64,000 nt of DNA from Trypanosoma brucei (lineage: Eukaryota): positions 352,001 to 416,000 of the forward strand of contig CP000070.1 of assembly GCA_000002445.1 (NCBI GenBank), in the 5' to 3' direction. Below, piece by piece: positions 30,603-42,200 of the stretch. The notes under the pieces were generated by a model. That model did not search any database. It saw nothing but the letters and a program-made list of their open reading frames with translations, and was not told the origin of the DNA. The first letter of the stretch is position 1, and each line of letters begins with the position of its first letter. Made by a program: the position numbers and the translations under genes.

Positions 30603-30917
30603 GTGGTGGTGTTGGTGCTATTAGTGATGGGTGGGGATGACCAAATATTTCGTTCCAACGTGTCGCATAATTACTACAGTGAGGCACTGCAGGCGCAGCG
30701 GAAACCCCTAAATTGTCCCACGTGCAAACGTGTCGGCCGTTTCGCCGGCACACTCAATGAGATTTACCGCCGCATCCCCCGCACGCAGTGGGAGTCACTA
30801 ATCCTATGCCATGTGTGTGGTGAGAACGTGCTGCGGCGGGAAGACGCGGTAACACGGCAACGCGTATGGTATTGTGAGTCTTGTGAGATCTGTTTGTGCA
30901 CGAAGTGCCAGCGTTAG
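30603..30917 (+). CDS. candidate small Cys-rich zinc-binding protein (up to 104 aa)
   Basis: ORF in the gap between the Pus and AlkB-like genes with four CxxC-type pairs: NCPTC...(26 aa)...CHVC...(18 aa)...CESCEICLCTKC, a treble-clef/B-box-like spacing. Weak polypyrimidine tract upstream at 30560-30600. The start may be the internal MGGDDQ. It counts as a real gene only if my recollected locus numbering (7 genes between the ATP synthase c and RET2 loci) is right. Confidence 0.3.
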   Translation: MVVLVLLVMGGDDQIFRSNVSHNYYSEALQAQRKPLNCPTCKRVGRFAGTLNEIYRRIPRTQWESLILCHVCGENVLRREDAVTRQRVWYCESCEICLCTKCQR

Positions 30918-31339
30918 CGGGAAGAGTCGAGATGCCTTGAGGTGTTCATTCATCAATGAAAGCTATTGGTTCAGTTGTGTTTCTCCCTTATTAATTTTTC
31001 GGTACGTATGCACCATTTACTATTTGTGTGTGAGGGTAAAAAGGAGGGTGTGCAGGTGCTCTTTGCGCGCCGCGTACTGGTTATCGACGTTGACAGTTCT
31101 CCCTTTCATTAAATATTGCTGTCGTCCACATAACGTTGGAGGTGCGTGTGTCTGTGTTGTACACTGGACTCGTGGGAGAGGGACTGTCAACGACTATTTG
31201 TGTAAGGAGTAGTTGATCATGTACCACCTTAGCCAGTGAAACTCAAATACATAAACAAATAGAGATGTCTCCGCTGGCAATAGCTTACTAGAGACCATAA
31301 AGGGTTAGAAGGAAAAAAAACCAATATAGTAGTGACATT

Positions 31340-32704
31340 ATGGAGACTCACAACACCGAGCCACTAGGGGACTTCGCAAAGATACGTTCTCGCTGCCACA
31401 GGTATCTCCTTGCGGTCGCCACACACCTTTCTCCCATTGAGAAATACGTAGTCGCACCTGGAAGTTACAAGAACCTTGGTCTCATTGCGATAAACTGTGG
31501 TGTGCAAACCGGTTCAGGCCCCTTTTATCTACGGCAGCAACTGATCGCCCACACCGCTCTCTCCGACGCATCAATAGAACTCTTCTACAGCTCAAAATTT
31601 CCCTTCACTCTTATTTGTGGTGATACTTCATTTGGCGACGGACTAAAACCCCTCAAGACGCGGCTAATCGAAGTGGCAACCACTAACGGCGGGCCTACAG
31701 CCTACGTGTATGCCATCCCTGTACCTCATGAGATGTTGTGGAAGGGTGGGTTGCTTCCCAGCAGTGGGATGTCACTCCTGTATTTGCTTTGTTGTAAGGG
31801 TGATGCCGTGCTTCACACCCTCAGGCGTGTATTTCAGCCACCCACAATAGGTGTGGGGAGGGTTTGCGATGACCCGTTGCAACCTAGTATAACTGGTTTG
31901 CTGAGCATGGAGGAAGTGGGTAGTGGCACTTCCTTCACCAGTGACACTGCGCACACTAGTTACTTTTACAAAGGCGCTAAGGTTCGTTGTGTTGAATGCG
32001 TGGCGGTTAGTGAAATACCGGGACTGTATATTGTATCTGATTTCATTACACACTCGGAACACAATGCAATTTGGAATGAGTTGAATGGAGACGCCGCTTC
32101 TCATTTTGAAGTGGAGCACCTTGCACGTCGTGATGTGGCGCACTTTAATAGGCGGTTCTATTATGGCATTAACCGTGTGGGCGCGGAGGGTGTGCAAGTA
32201 AATTCTAGGCCAGCATTTTATGACTGGATGGCGCAGCGACTATGCAACACAGACTCGGAAGTGAAGATTCATAATTACCCAATGAAGCAGCATCCAGAGT
32301 ATTTTGATCAGTTGACCGTAAATTACTACAACTACGATGATCCGAAATCTAAGTTGGTTCCGGGGATCGCTCGTCACGTGGACAGCCACGATGCCTTCGG
32401 AGATTACATAGCAATTGTTTCTCTAGGCTCACACACGGTGATTGAGTTTAGCCGCTACAACAGGCCTCCAGATGTCTTTGCTCCACTTGGGGTACTGGTG
32501 AAACCATGCAGTCTGCTGTTGCTAACTGGCGAGGCACGGTACTGCTGGACGCATTGCATCGTAGAAAAAAGGGAAGATGTGTTAAATGACCAGTTGCCTC
32601 CGCTGCAGCGCGGTAACAGGTTAAGCCTAACGTGGCGCTGCGGACGCGACACTCCTCACGCGCGTGAGTCTTGTCTGTGTCCCAGCTTATGTGATGGTAC
32701 TTAA
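31340..32704 (+). CDS. AlkB-like 2-oxoglutarate/Fe(II)-dependent dioxygenase (nucleic-acid demethylase family), 454 aa
   Basis: C-terminal domain has the Fe-binding 'HVDSHD' (H-x-D) ... 'WTHCI' (distal His) and the 2OG-binding 'RLSLTWR' (R-x-S-x-T-x-R) in AlkB/ALKBH order and spacing. The N-terminal ~280 aa form an extension. Confidence 0.7.
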   Translation: METHNTEPLGDFAKIRSRCHRYLLAVATHLSPIEKYVVAPGSYKNLGLIAINCGVQTGSGPFYLRQQLIAHTALSDASIELFYSSKFPFTLICGDTSFGDGLKPLKTRLIEVATTNGGPTAYVYAIPVPHEMLWKGGLLPSSGMSLLYLLCCKGDAVLHTLRRVFQPPTIGVGRVCDDPLQPSITGLLSMEEVGSGTSFTSDTAHTSYFYKGAKVRCVECVAVSEIPGLYIVSDFITHSEHNAIWNELNGDAASHFEVEHLARRDVAHFNRRFYYGINRVGAEGVQVNSRPAFYDWMAQRLCNTDSEVKIHNYPMKQHPEYFDQLTVNYYNYDDPKSKLVPGIARHVDSHDAFGDYIAIVSLGSHTVIEFSRYNRPPDVFAPLGVLVKPCSLLLLTGEARYCWTHCIVEKREDVLNDQLPPLQRGNRLSLTWRCGRDTPHARESCLCPSLCDGT

Positions 32705-33052
32705 GCTAACAATACGTGACACGACGAGATGGCTGAGGGATGCGCTTGTGTTTCTTCATACTTTTCAGTGCTCTTTATCACTGACATTCCTCTCTGCGTT
32801 TGTTGGTCGTGTTGCACATGGGGCCGTTGTCTGATAGCGGTGGGTATGTACTGTGGGGGTGTCCTTTTTTTTTTGACACTTCGTTTTTTTTTTAAATCCT
32901 TTGAACGTTTTTTTTTTCTTCTAGCACTGGCGATTGGTGATAGCGATCGACGCGTAGATTCGTGTAAGCAGTACTCCTGTTGGTTGTGTTGGCACCCTTA
33001 TGCTCTTCACTCACGCGCACTAGTTCATATGTTCTCAGTCTGACAGGCGCTT

Positions 33053-33898
33053 GTGCGCACAGAACATATATATAAACAAGGGACAAGGTACCGCCTACAT
33101 GTAATGCACGAGAAAGGATATGCCGATGTGGATGTGTCTCCATCAGACAAGGGGGAATCTGCGGACTGTAAAGTCGCTGTGGTCTCCTTGGCAGAAAAAA
33201 TAGCTTCCAAAGCATGGTTGTTTGCTGGATGCTTTGTTGTACTCGCGATGGCGACTTCTTTTCTCTGGGAGATTAGCGACAGTGACCAAACCATTGGATA
33301 TCACCTTTTTGTGTCCCCAAAGTTTGTGACTGATGGAACCACATTCTACGGCACAACAGCGGAGGGGAAACTCGTTCGCGTACGCCTGCGTTCGGTGGAG
33401 GTGCCAACTTTGAGACAGCCGTATGGTCGAGAGGCCAGAGATCATTTGAAGAGTATACTTTTGCTCTCAGTGGGTCAGTCTACCGGAGTATCATGTTTTG
33501 TTGCTTCAGTAGATGACGTGGGAGGCGTTATTGCAGAAGTGTTTTTTAACAATGTACGAGCTTTTGCATCATGTGGCAGGGAGATAGACTCTTGTGCTGC
33601 GTCATCGTTGCCATCTTATTTCACCCCCTTGTCCGGTGGGTTTACTGCTGATTCCATTGTCAACGTAGGTGACGAAATGGTTCGCAGCGGCTGGGCTTGG
33701 GTAATAGATAACGGCTGGACTCGAAATACAAAACTACAAGCTGCTATGGATGAGGCAAAGGTAGCGAAGCGGGGTTTGTGGGGAGGAAACGTCAGTAAAT
33801 TTCCGTACCGCCGTTCACCGCATTCACGGAAGATCGGAAAGAAACTTACGGAGCAGAGGCAGCCCATTAGTCGTCGCAGGTTGTTTGCTAGCAGATAG
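33053..33898 (+). CDS. staphylococcal-nuclease (SNase/thermonuclease)-like domain protein with N-terminal TM segment
   Basis: 'GKLVRVRLRSVEVPTLRQPYGREARDHL' aligns with SNase 'ATLIKAIDGDTVKL...[26 protein letters not shown]'. 'EMVRSGWAWV' matches SNase 'EALVRQGLAKV' and the C-terminal 'DEAKVAKRGLWG' matches SNase 'EAQAKKEKLNIW'. TM 'AWLFAGCFVVLAMATSFLW'. The Ca-binding Asp residues look substituted. The start may be an internal Met. Confidence 0.55.
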   Translation: MRTEHIYKQGTRYRLHVMHEKGYADVDVSPSDKGESADCKVAVVSLAEKIASKAWLFAGCFVVLAMATSFLWEISDSDQTIGYHLFVSPKFVTDGTTFYGTTAEGKLVRVRLRSVEVPTLRQPYGREARDHLKSILLLSVGQSTGVSCFVASVDDVGGVIAEVFFNNVRAFASCGREIDSCAASSLPSYFTPLSGGFTADSIVNVGDEMVRSGWAWVIDNGWTRNTKLQAAMDEAKVAKRGLWGGNVSKFPYRRSPHSRKIGKKLTEQRQPISRRRLFASR

Positions 33899-34283
33899 TG
33901 AATGGGAGTAACTTTTGTTGTTGTTGTGGTTGGGCAATTCGGACTGCAACAGTTTCTTGGTTCCCGCTTGTGGCACCGAAGTGTTTCATTTGCATATTGC
34001 TGTTGGGCAACAGTAACTCACGTTGCGTAATCAGATTTTTTTTTGTGGAGTCATTGTTGGGCCGGCCCTTTTTCTTCTGTCTTACGTCTCCTTTTTGGCT
34101 ACGCTATGCCATACTAAGTTCCCGTTCTGGTGTGGTTCATCACCTTTTTAGTCGGGATGTTCTCGTGCACTGAAGGGCGCTGCTAGTGCTCACCATTCAT
34201 TACCCTCCCCTTTCCTTTTTCATATAGCGCGAGAAGTATCTTTCTCCTTCCGTTTTGGATTTTTGGTTCCCCCTCCCTTTTGA

Positions 34284-35855
<1,572 letters not shown>

Positions 35856-36531
35856 AATGACAAGGAAACGAATGTGAATAGGGAGCATGGGCGGAGGGCA
35901 AAAAGCGCAAACAATAAGGTTAATGTTCAGGGACGAAGCGGCTCATATGGGTGGGGAGAACGTATCCTCTCCTCTTCCCCTCATCATGCTATTGCTTTAC
36001 TGTTTCACATAGTTGTCGCTCGACTCGGTCCCATCTGTATTTTCGTTGTTGCACTCGAGGCTTGGGATGGGAGGTTTCGATACTTTTAGGGGAAGCTGAT
36101 TACCTGAAGTCTGATGGTTTCATAATTTGCCTTGTGGTTGTGCAACGGCGCTGTTTCTCACATCATCACATGGGTAAATGTTTGGTTTCTCCTCGTGGAG
36201 AGTAAGTTTTTTTTTTTTGCTTTACATCTATGCGGCTACTCGTCCAATACCGAGCCCTGCATTCCAAATTCTAGTTTTTGCTGTTATCTGTTGTTCCATT
36301 CTTTTGTTACATCTCATGAAAGAACATATAGAGTGGATATCTGGTGGACAACTAGGTAGGGAAAGGAAAAGATAAAAACCCATTAATTTATTTTTTTGTG
36401 AGGCAGTGGGTGGTTGACAACCCAGGGGATTTGTCCTGCTTCATAGTGCGCCTGTTTGGAAGTTGCGTTTGAGGTTGCCGTGCTCGCTAATACTTTTAGT
36501 CGCACGAGTTCCGTGACAGACGCGTGGAGCT

Positions 36532-38553
36532 ATGACTCTGGGCGCTGCTATCATGTCGGATGAGTCTCGTGAGCGCCTTGCACGAGAGCACATGGAAAAG
36601 GCAAGAGCGATGAAAACAGACACTCAGGAGCAAATAGAGGAAGTTATGAAACATCTATCATTGGCTATTGAGGTGAAGCCACTCTCAGTTGCTGTGCTTC
36701 TCCAGCGCGCACACCTTGCCACCCGAATAGGTCGTTATCACGTCGCCATAGCCGATCTAACGTTTACTATTCAGCTGGAGGAACACGGTATAGATCGTCG
36801 GCGTTTAGCAGCGGCATACGGGAGTCGTGCGGCTGTATATCGCAAACTTAATAAACATAAAGAGAGTATCGTAGACTACGTGCGAGCGGCAGATGTAGAG
36901 CCAGATAATGGTACGTGGCTATATGAGTTAGGACTTGTGTATGCAGCTCAGGGCATGAAGGCGCTCGCCCATCACTTTGTTGCGGCTTCCTTATCCGAGA
37001 AGGTAACAGGAAGGATGTCTGAGATCACTCGCTTCCGTGCACTTACTTCCCTTGGCACCTGCAAATTAGCATCCGGAGATATCACTGGTGCGGTAGCCGT
37101 GCTGACAAAAGGACTCGAGTTCCAAGAAACGGCTGCTCTACACAATCTTCTTGGTATAGCGCACTTCTTACGCGGGGAATACGAACCTGCTCGCTCGCGG
37201 TTTGAAAGAGCTGTGGAGATGGATCATTTATCTAGCGAGTACCACACCAACTGTGCTCTTTGCCTCTTTCAACTTGGCATACACTCGGAGGCATTCAAGC
37301 AGATGGAATACGCTGTGATAAAAAGCGTTGAGAACGCGCGTTACCACTTCTACCGTGGAAACATAGCGTTGCTACTTGGTCTCCACGCACCTGCAATGAC
37401 TGATGTAGTGAAGGCAATAGAACTGGACCCCCAGTGCGCGTCACATTACTACTCAAAAGCATTGATACTGGTCGCTACGCAGGATTACGAGGAGGCAATG
37501 GCGATTCTTAACAAAGCTATTGAGTTAAATCCTACTTTTCGTGCTGCCTGGGTGCATTCTGGGTTACTGCACTTTTTGCGGAAAAATTTGTTTGAAGCTC
37601 TCCAGTGTTTTTCTCGGGCGCTGGAGCTGGAAGAAGAGGATGCCACTGTGCACGAATGCGTTGGTTTGGTCTACTTTGACATTAAGTACTATGACCTTTC
37701 GGCTGCATCGTTCACGCGATGCATTGATCTTATTCCAGACGATCCCGTGCTGTACTTTAGACGCGGAACGGCTCTGCTACTTTGCGGTGATCTCCAAGGA
37801 GCATATGATGACCTGCAGAAGACAGTGTGCAAATACAAGTTCCGCAACCCGGAGGTGTTAAATAGCCTTTCCGTTGTGGTGAGCAAGTTGGGGAGGCATC
37901 TGGAAGCGCTAGAATTAGCTAAAGAGGCGGTCGCACTCAACAGCAAGAACCATCGGTATCTTCTCCAACAGGCCGAGTGTCATTTTGCTGTGAGGGACTA
38001 CGACGCCGTTCTGGAGGACTTGGCCAATATTGTGAGTCTTGGGTACGCGACTGCAGAGTTGTATTACCTACGCGGTCGATCAAAGTATGCCTTACGGGAC
38101 TTCTGTGGCGCTGCCGATGATTTACTTCAGGCGGCTACTTGCCAACCGCTATTGAATGAGTGCTCAAATTATTGCTACGCGCTGGGAGTCGCATACCTAT
38201 GTTCAGGGAAGAATATAAATGATGCGGAAAAGGCCCTTACGCGAGCTATTACCTCTCACAGTGACCCGCCGTCATTCTTTTACGATGAACGGGCGAAGGC
38301 ACGACAAAAGTTGGGGGACACAAAAGGTATGCTGGAAGACCTCAACTTCATGCTTCAGCGAGACCAAAGTGATCCTACTGTTCTTCTTAGGCGCTCACTC
38401 GGGTACAAGGCATTGGGTCTATATGACAAAGCGGCACGAGACTTTGAAAAGGCGAAAACCTTAAATGGTGCGAGGGAAGTGTTAGATTGTGTCCCATATG
38501 AGAAATTCTTTGAAATTGAAGAAGTGCTATGGGGTAATGAGCAGGTGGAGTGA
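36532..38553 (+). CDS. tetratricopeptide (TPR) repeat protein, 673 aa
   Basis: More than 12 tandem 34-aa TPR units with the W-LG-Y-A-F-A-P consensus throughout, e.g. 'AAYGSRAAVYRKLNKHKESIVDYVRAADVEPDN', 'YHFYRGNIALLLGLHAPAMTDVVKAIELDPQ', 'AWVHSGLLHFLRKNLFEALQCFSRALELEEED'. Confidence 0.75.
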   Translation: MTLGAAIMSDESRERLAREHMEKARAMKTDTQEQIEEVMKHLSLAIEVKPLSVAVLLQRAHLATRIGRYHVAIADLTFTIQLEEHGIDRRRLAAAYGSRAAVYRKLNKHKESIVDYVRAADVEPDNGTWLYELGLVYAAQGMKALAHHFVAASLSEKVTGRMSEITRFRALTSLGTCKLASGDITGAVAVLTKGLEFQETAALHNLLGIAHFLRGEYEPARSRFERAVEMDHLSSEYHTNCALCLFQLGIHSEAFKQMEYAVIKSVENARYHFYRGNIALLLGLHAPAMTDVVKAIELDPQCASHYYSKALILVATQDYEEAMAILNKAIELNPTFRAAWVHSGLLHFLRKNLFEALQCFSRALELEEEDATVHECVGLVYFDIKYYDLSAASFTRCIDLIPDDPVLYFRRGTALLLCGDLQGAYDDLQKTVCKYKFRNPEVLNSLSVVVSKLGRHLEALELAKEAVALNSKNHRYLLQQAECHFAVRDYDAVLEDLANIVSLGYATAELYYLRGRSKYALRDFCGAADDLLQAATCQPLLNECSNYCYALGVAYLCSGKNINDAEKALTRAITSHSDPPSFFYDERAKARQKLGDTKGMLEDLNFMLQRDQSDPTVLLRRSLGYKALGLYDKAARDFEKAKTLNGAREVLDCVPYEKFFEIEEVLWGNEQVE

Positions 38554-39102
38554 GAATACTCACCAATCTGTTATTAGTTATTTTCCCTTATCTGGGGAAG
38601 CGTTACACCTCTGCATACTATTCACTATACTGTATTTATATAACGAAGGAAACATATACAATGTAGCTACTGTTCCCCCATGGGATTCTGTTTCACTTGG
38701 TGTATTATTTTTTATATTCACTGTGAACATGGGAAAGTTGTTACCCCTGCCTTTCGAGAGCTCCACCCTTCCTTTTTTTTTTTGCACGGTGTGCGCATTT
38801 GTATTCCTATTGTTGTTTTTATTTTCTTTTTTGCACTTTGTGTTTTCTGATTTATATTTATTCTTCCCTGTATTTTACCTTTGTTTTCTTGGGAAACTTG
38901 ACGGAACTCGTCGCATGTTTTCTTTCTTCCTTAACGGCACCCACGCTTGCTCTACAGGGAGAGGAATCGGAGGAGGAGCCGAAGGGCCAAATAACAGTGA
39001 AGGGGGCTCTCCTCTCACTCATATATTTTTACGCTACAAGTCGACGTAGGTAGCTCCAAACGTCTGGAAGGAAGAAGGTAGAGGGACTAAGGTCCCACTC
39101 AT

Positions 39103-39131
39103 CACACACACACGCACACACACACACACAC

Positions 39132-39163
<32 letters not shown>
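39103..39163. repeat. compound microsatellite (CA)~16 with one CG interruption, followed by (TA)~14
   Basis: Direct read: cacacacacacgcacacacacacacacacaca aa tatatatatatatatatatatatatat, about 90 nt upstream of the ATG at 39253. Confidence 0.95.
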
Positions 39164-39252
39164 CGGGCACTATACATATATATTGCAGTTGAGCAAGGGT
39201 TAGAAATCATCACACAATATAGAACGAAAAGAGGAGTTGGTTGCGTATATGA

Positions 39253-42200
39253 ATGTTTCGTGTCTCCTTCCCATTGTTTTGCACAATGCCATCCGTGGAG
39301 ACAGCTTTCCGTCGAGCCCTCGGTGCACAGAGCATTGTACTCGACCTCGTTCCAGTGAAAAAGCCACTCATTGATGGATCCCTCAGTTGGTTCGTCGACA
39401 AGAACGTTGAAATCGTTCTTGTTTCTGGCGTGTGCGGAACATCCCCTGATCTGGTTGCCGAACGCGTGAAGTCGCAGGCGGTACAGCTTCTTCAGATTTG
39501 CGGAGAGGGCGATGCACAGAAAGGGTGCCACGCCATTAAGCACTGGGTGGAAAAGGCAGCAGGTACACGAAGTCTTCTCTGCAGCATGGACCTTCAGGTG
39601 CGGCTCCTCTTTTCTCGCCAGGTAGTCACTGATGGAGGGAAATTATCAGCAACTTCGTCCAGTGGCAATCAAGCGCTAGACAAAGTGGGGAACCGAATTC
39701 ACTGTTCCATTTACGAAACAGATGCTTGGGAGCCGTACTCCCGGGAGCGGCATCTTGGGGATGTGACCGCTGACGCGTTACTTGAAGAGGTACTGCACAA
39801 GGCGCTACAGATAGTGCAGCGAGATGCAGAAGTAAAGGAACAGCATCTTGTTAGCGAATCAGAACGGGAACTCAACTTGGTACTTTCGTGCGGAAAGGAA
39901 CCAGGAGTATGGAGTCCCGATGTCAACGCATATCACTTGGAGTTCAGCCACATGAAGTGCAAAGATAGGGAGCTTTGCACCGACTTGGGTGCTATCGCGG
40001 TCTCGTGGGGCGTGCATGACCGTTCAGAGAACGTCGAGATGTTTAACGTACCTCTCGTTAGGTTAAAGGACAGTAGTGGTTTAGTTTATGGTGACTGCCT
40101 TGACGACCCCCAACAAAGTCTAATTGATGAGGAAACTGTTTCGCTCCTCGAGGCGAAGGGAGCCATTGACACCATAACAGGGTTGGTGGATGCAACATGC
40201 GTGCGGAAGGTTGCCAACTCAGTTTGGTCAATACCCCTCCTTCACGCACAGCTCCTACAGGCGGGCCTTGAGTTTCTGTGTGGCTATTGGTCTCCTACTC
40301 GTGTGGAGGATTATATGAGGAGTTGTGGCCGGCTTGACATTGATGTGTGGCTGAGTGAAAGAGGTCGACCGGCTACCATTCCAATGCTTCCCCGCTGCGC
40401 GTCATTGCTTGGTCACATGTGCTATCTTCAAGAGTCCTTACCCCTCGAATATGTGCGGAGCCCAATGATGCTGCTTACTTCTGCGGGGAGAATGGATTTC
40501 AAGTTTTATATGGCGACTACGACAGGTGGCCATGTAGTGACTGCAACAAGTTGTTTTAGTTCCGCTGAAGCTGCGTGCTCGCTGTTGTTTCCGTGCCACT
40601 CAGCAATGGTCCAATCAGCCGGTGTCGGCGATTCTCACCGCTACACCGATATTGATCACCAGCGAAACGAACACGTGTGTACCCTTACTGAGGTGAACTC
40701 CAGTACAAATCGCAACAAGAAATCTGGGGGTAGCGGGGATAACGATCAGCGTCCTTCAGTAACTGTACGGGTTATCGATGTAGAAGCCTCTTTGAGGAAA
40801 TTGGGTGTGGTACGAGGCAGCTTCGCCAATGCGACCGTTCAGTACTTCGACGATACTGGCCAAGTTGTGCTGCAGTTCAACGAAATGGATTCGATTCGAG
40901 GTATTGCTAGGATGATAAAGCGTGTGCGGTGGAGCAAGGGGGCCACTTTCACCTCAGTTGATCTGCAAAATGGTCCACGCGCACCAGTCGTCATCGCCTC
41001 ACGTGCATTGGGCAGCACTTCGTTACCGAAACCGCCTCCCTATTCAAAAAAGTTTCGATTACCCATCCCCCTAGTTCCTGGCGGGTACTCCCAGCTGCGG
41101 TTCACGAGTGCTTTGGAGATGAATGTCATTGAGTGCAAAATACTCGAAATGTTCAAGAATTCAGCTGAGGATCCGTTAAAGTGGCATCTTCACTATTTCG
41201 CACCATGTTACTTTAACAAGTGGCGGATGACCCGCGGGATTGTTTCAACTCTCATGCACTATGACCCCCAATTCCACTATATGGTGGAACGCTGCCGCTC
41301 CTCCTCATTATCGGGTGGCAGCGGAACTGGTGGTGGTTCCAACGGACGTGACGACACGAGCGGTAACGATAACGGGGGAGCGTTGGTGTTGCGCCTCTAC
41401 TCCGGCGAGAGATTGATGGAGGAGGTAAAGTTGCAGGAGTCTACGCTGCTGTTCCAGGTACGAGAAAATCTGATACGTTACGCCAGCCGTTGGTCGATGG
41501 AGGTCCCTTCCCTTGAGGAGGCGGCCTTTCCGCTTAAGGAATTCAAGAAAGGTGGTGCGTGCACATTTAGGAATTTTGTATCGTGGTTCCTACAGAACAG
41601 CGAGGTTTTCACAACTCATGGGGAAAATGTTTCCCTGGAACTTGAGATCACCACTAATGTGAGGATCCAGCTTGCTTCCTGTCGTGACTGGAGTGGACCA
41701 AGCCCAACACGTGATGAGTTGTGCAGGTTGTTTCTCGAGAGTCAGTTTCCCTTATTGGTGCCAATCGTCGAAATTCAAAAACGACTTTATTATTTTTTTG
41801 ACAATTGTACTATTCCTGGCGAGCTCACAATCCGTTGCGTTGGCAGCGACGCATGTGTCGAGGGAGATAGGGTGATTAGGTGCAATTACCGCTGGGAATT
41901 ATTACAGGTAGACTCAGGGACGGGTGTCGAATGCCTGTTAGCGTCGTTGGAGGCTACAGAGGGTGATTCGAGGCGAGCGGCACTTGAGAAACTCTTAACG
42001 AAAGTGTGGACAAGTTGCTGTGCAGCACCTAGACCTACGACGCAGGCGAAGCGGGGCTCAAAGTTGGAAGGTTCGGGCCACCCATCTCACCATTGTCCAA
42101 AAAGCACTATCGCATGGTATCAACATCTACTTGCTCAACAACGGGGCTTACATAAAGTTGTGCATGAGTATGATGCAAAGAACAATGTATTAACTGTTAA

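Noticed and set aside
31772-32197. 141-aa minus-strand ORF inside the AlkB-like gene
   Set aside because: It is antisense to a motif-supported CDS and has no features of its own.
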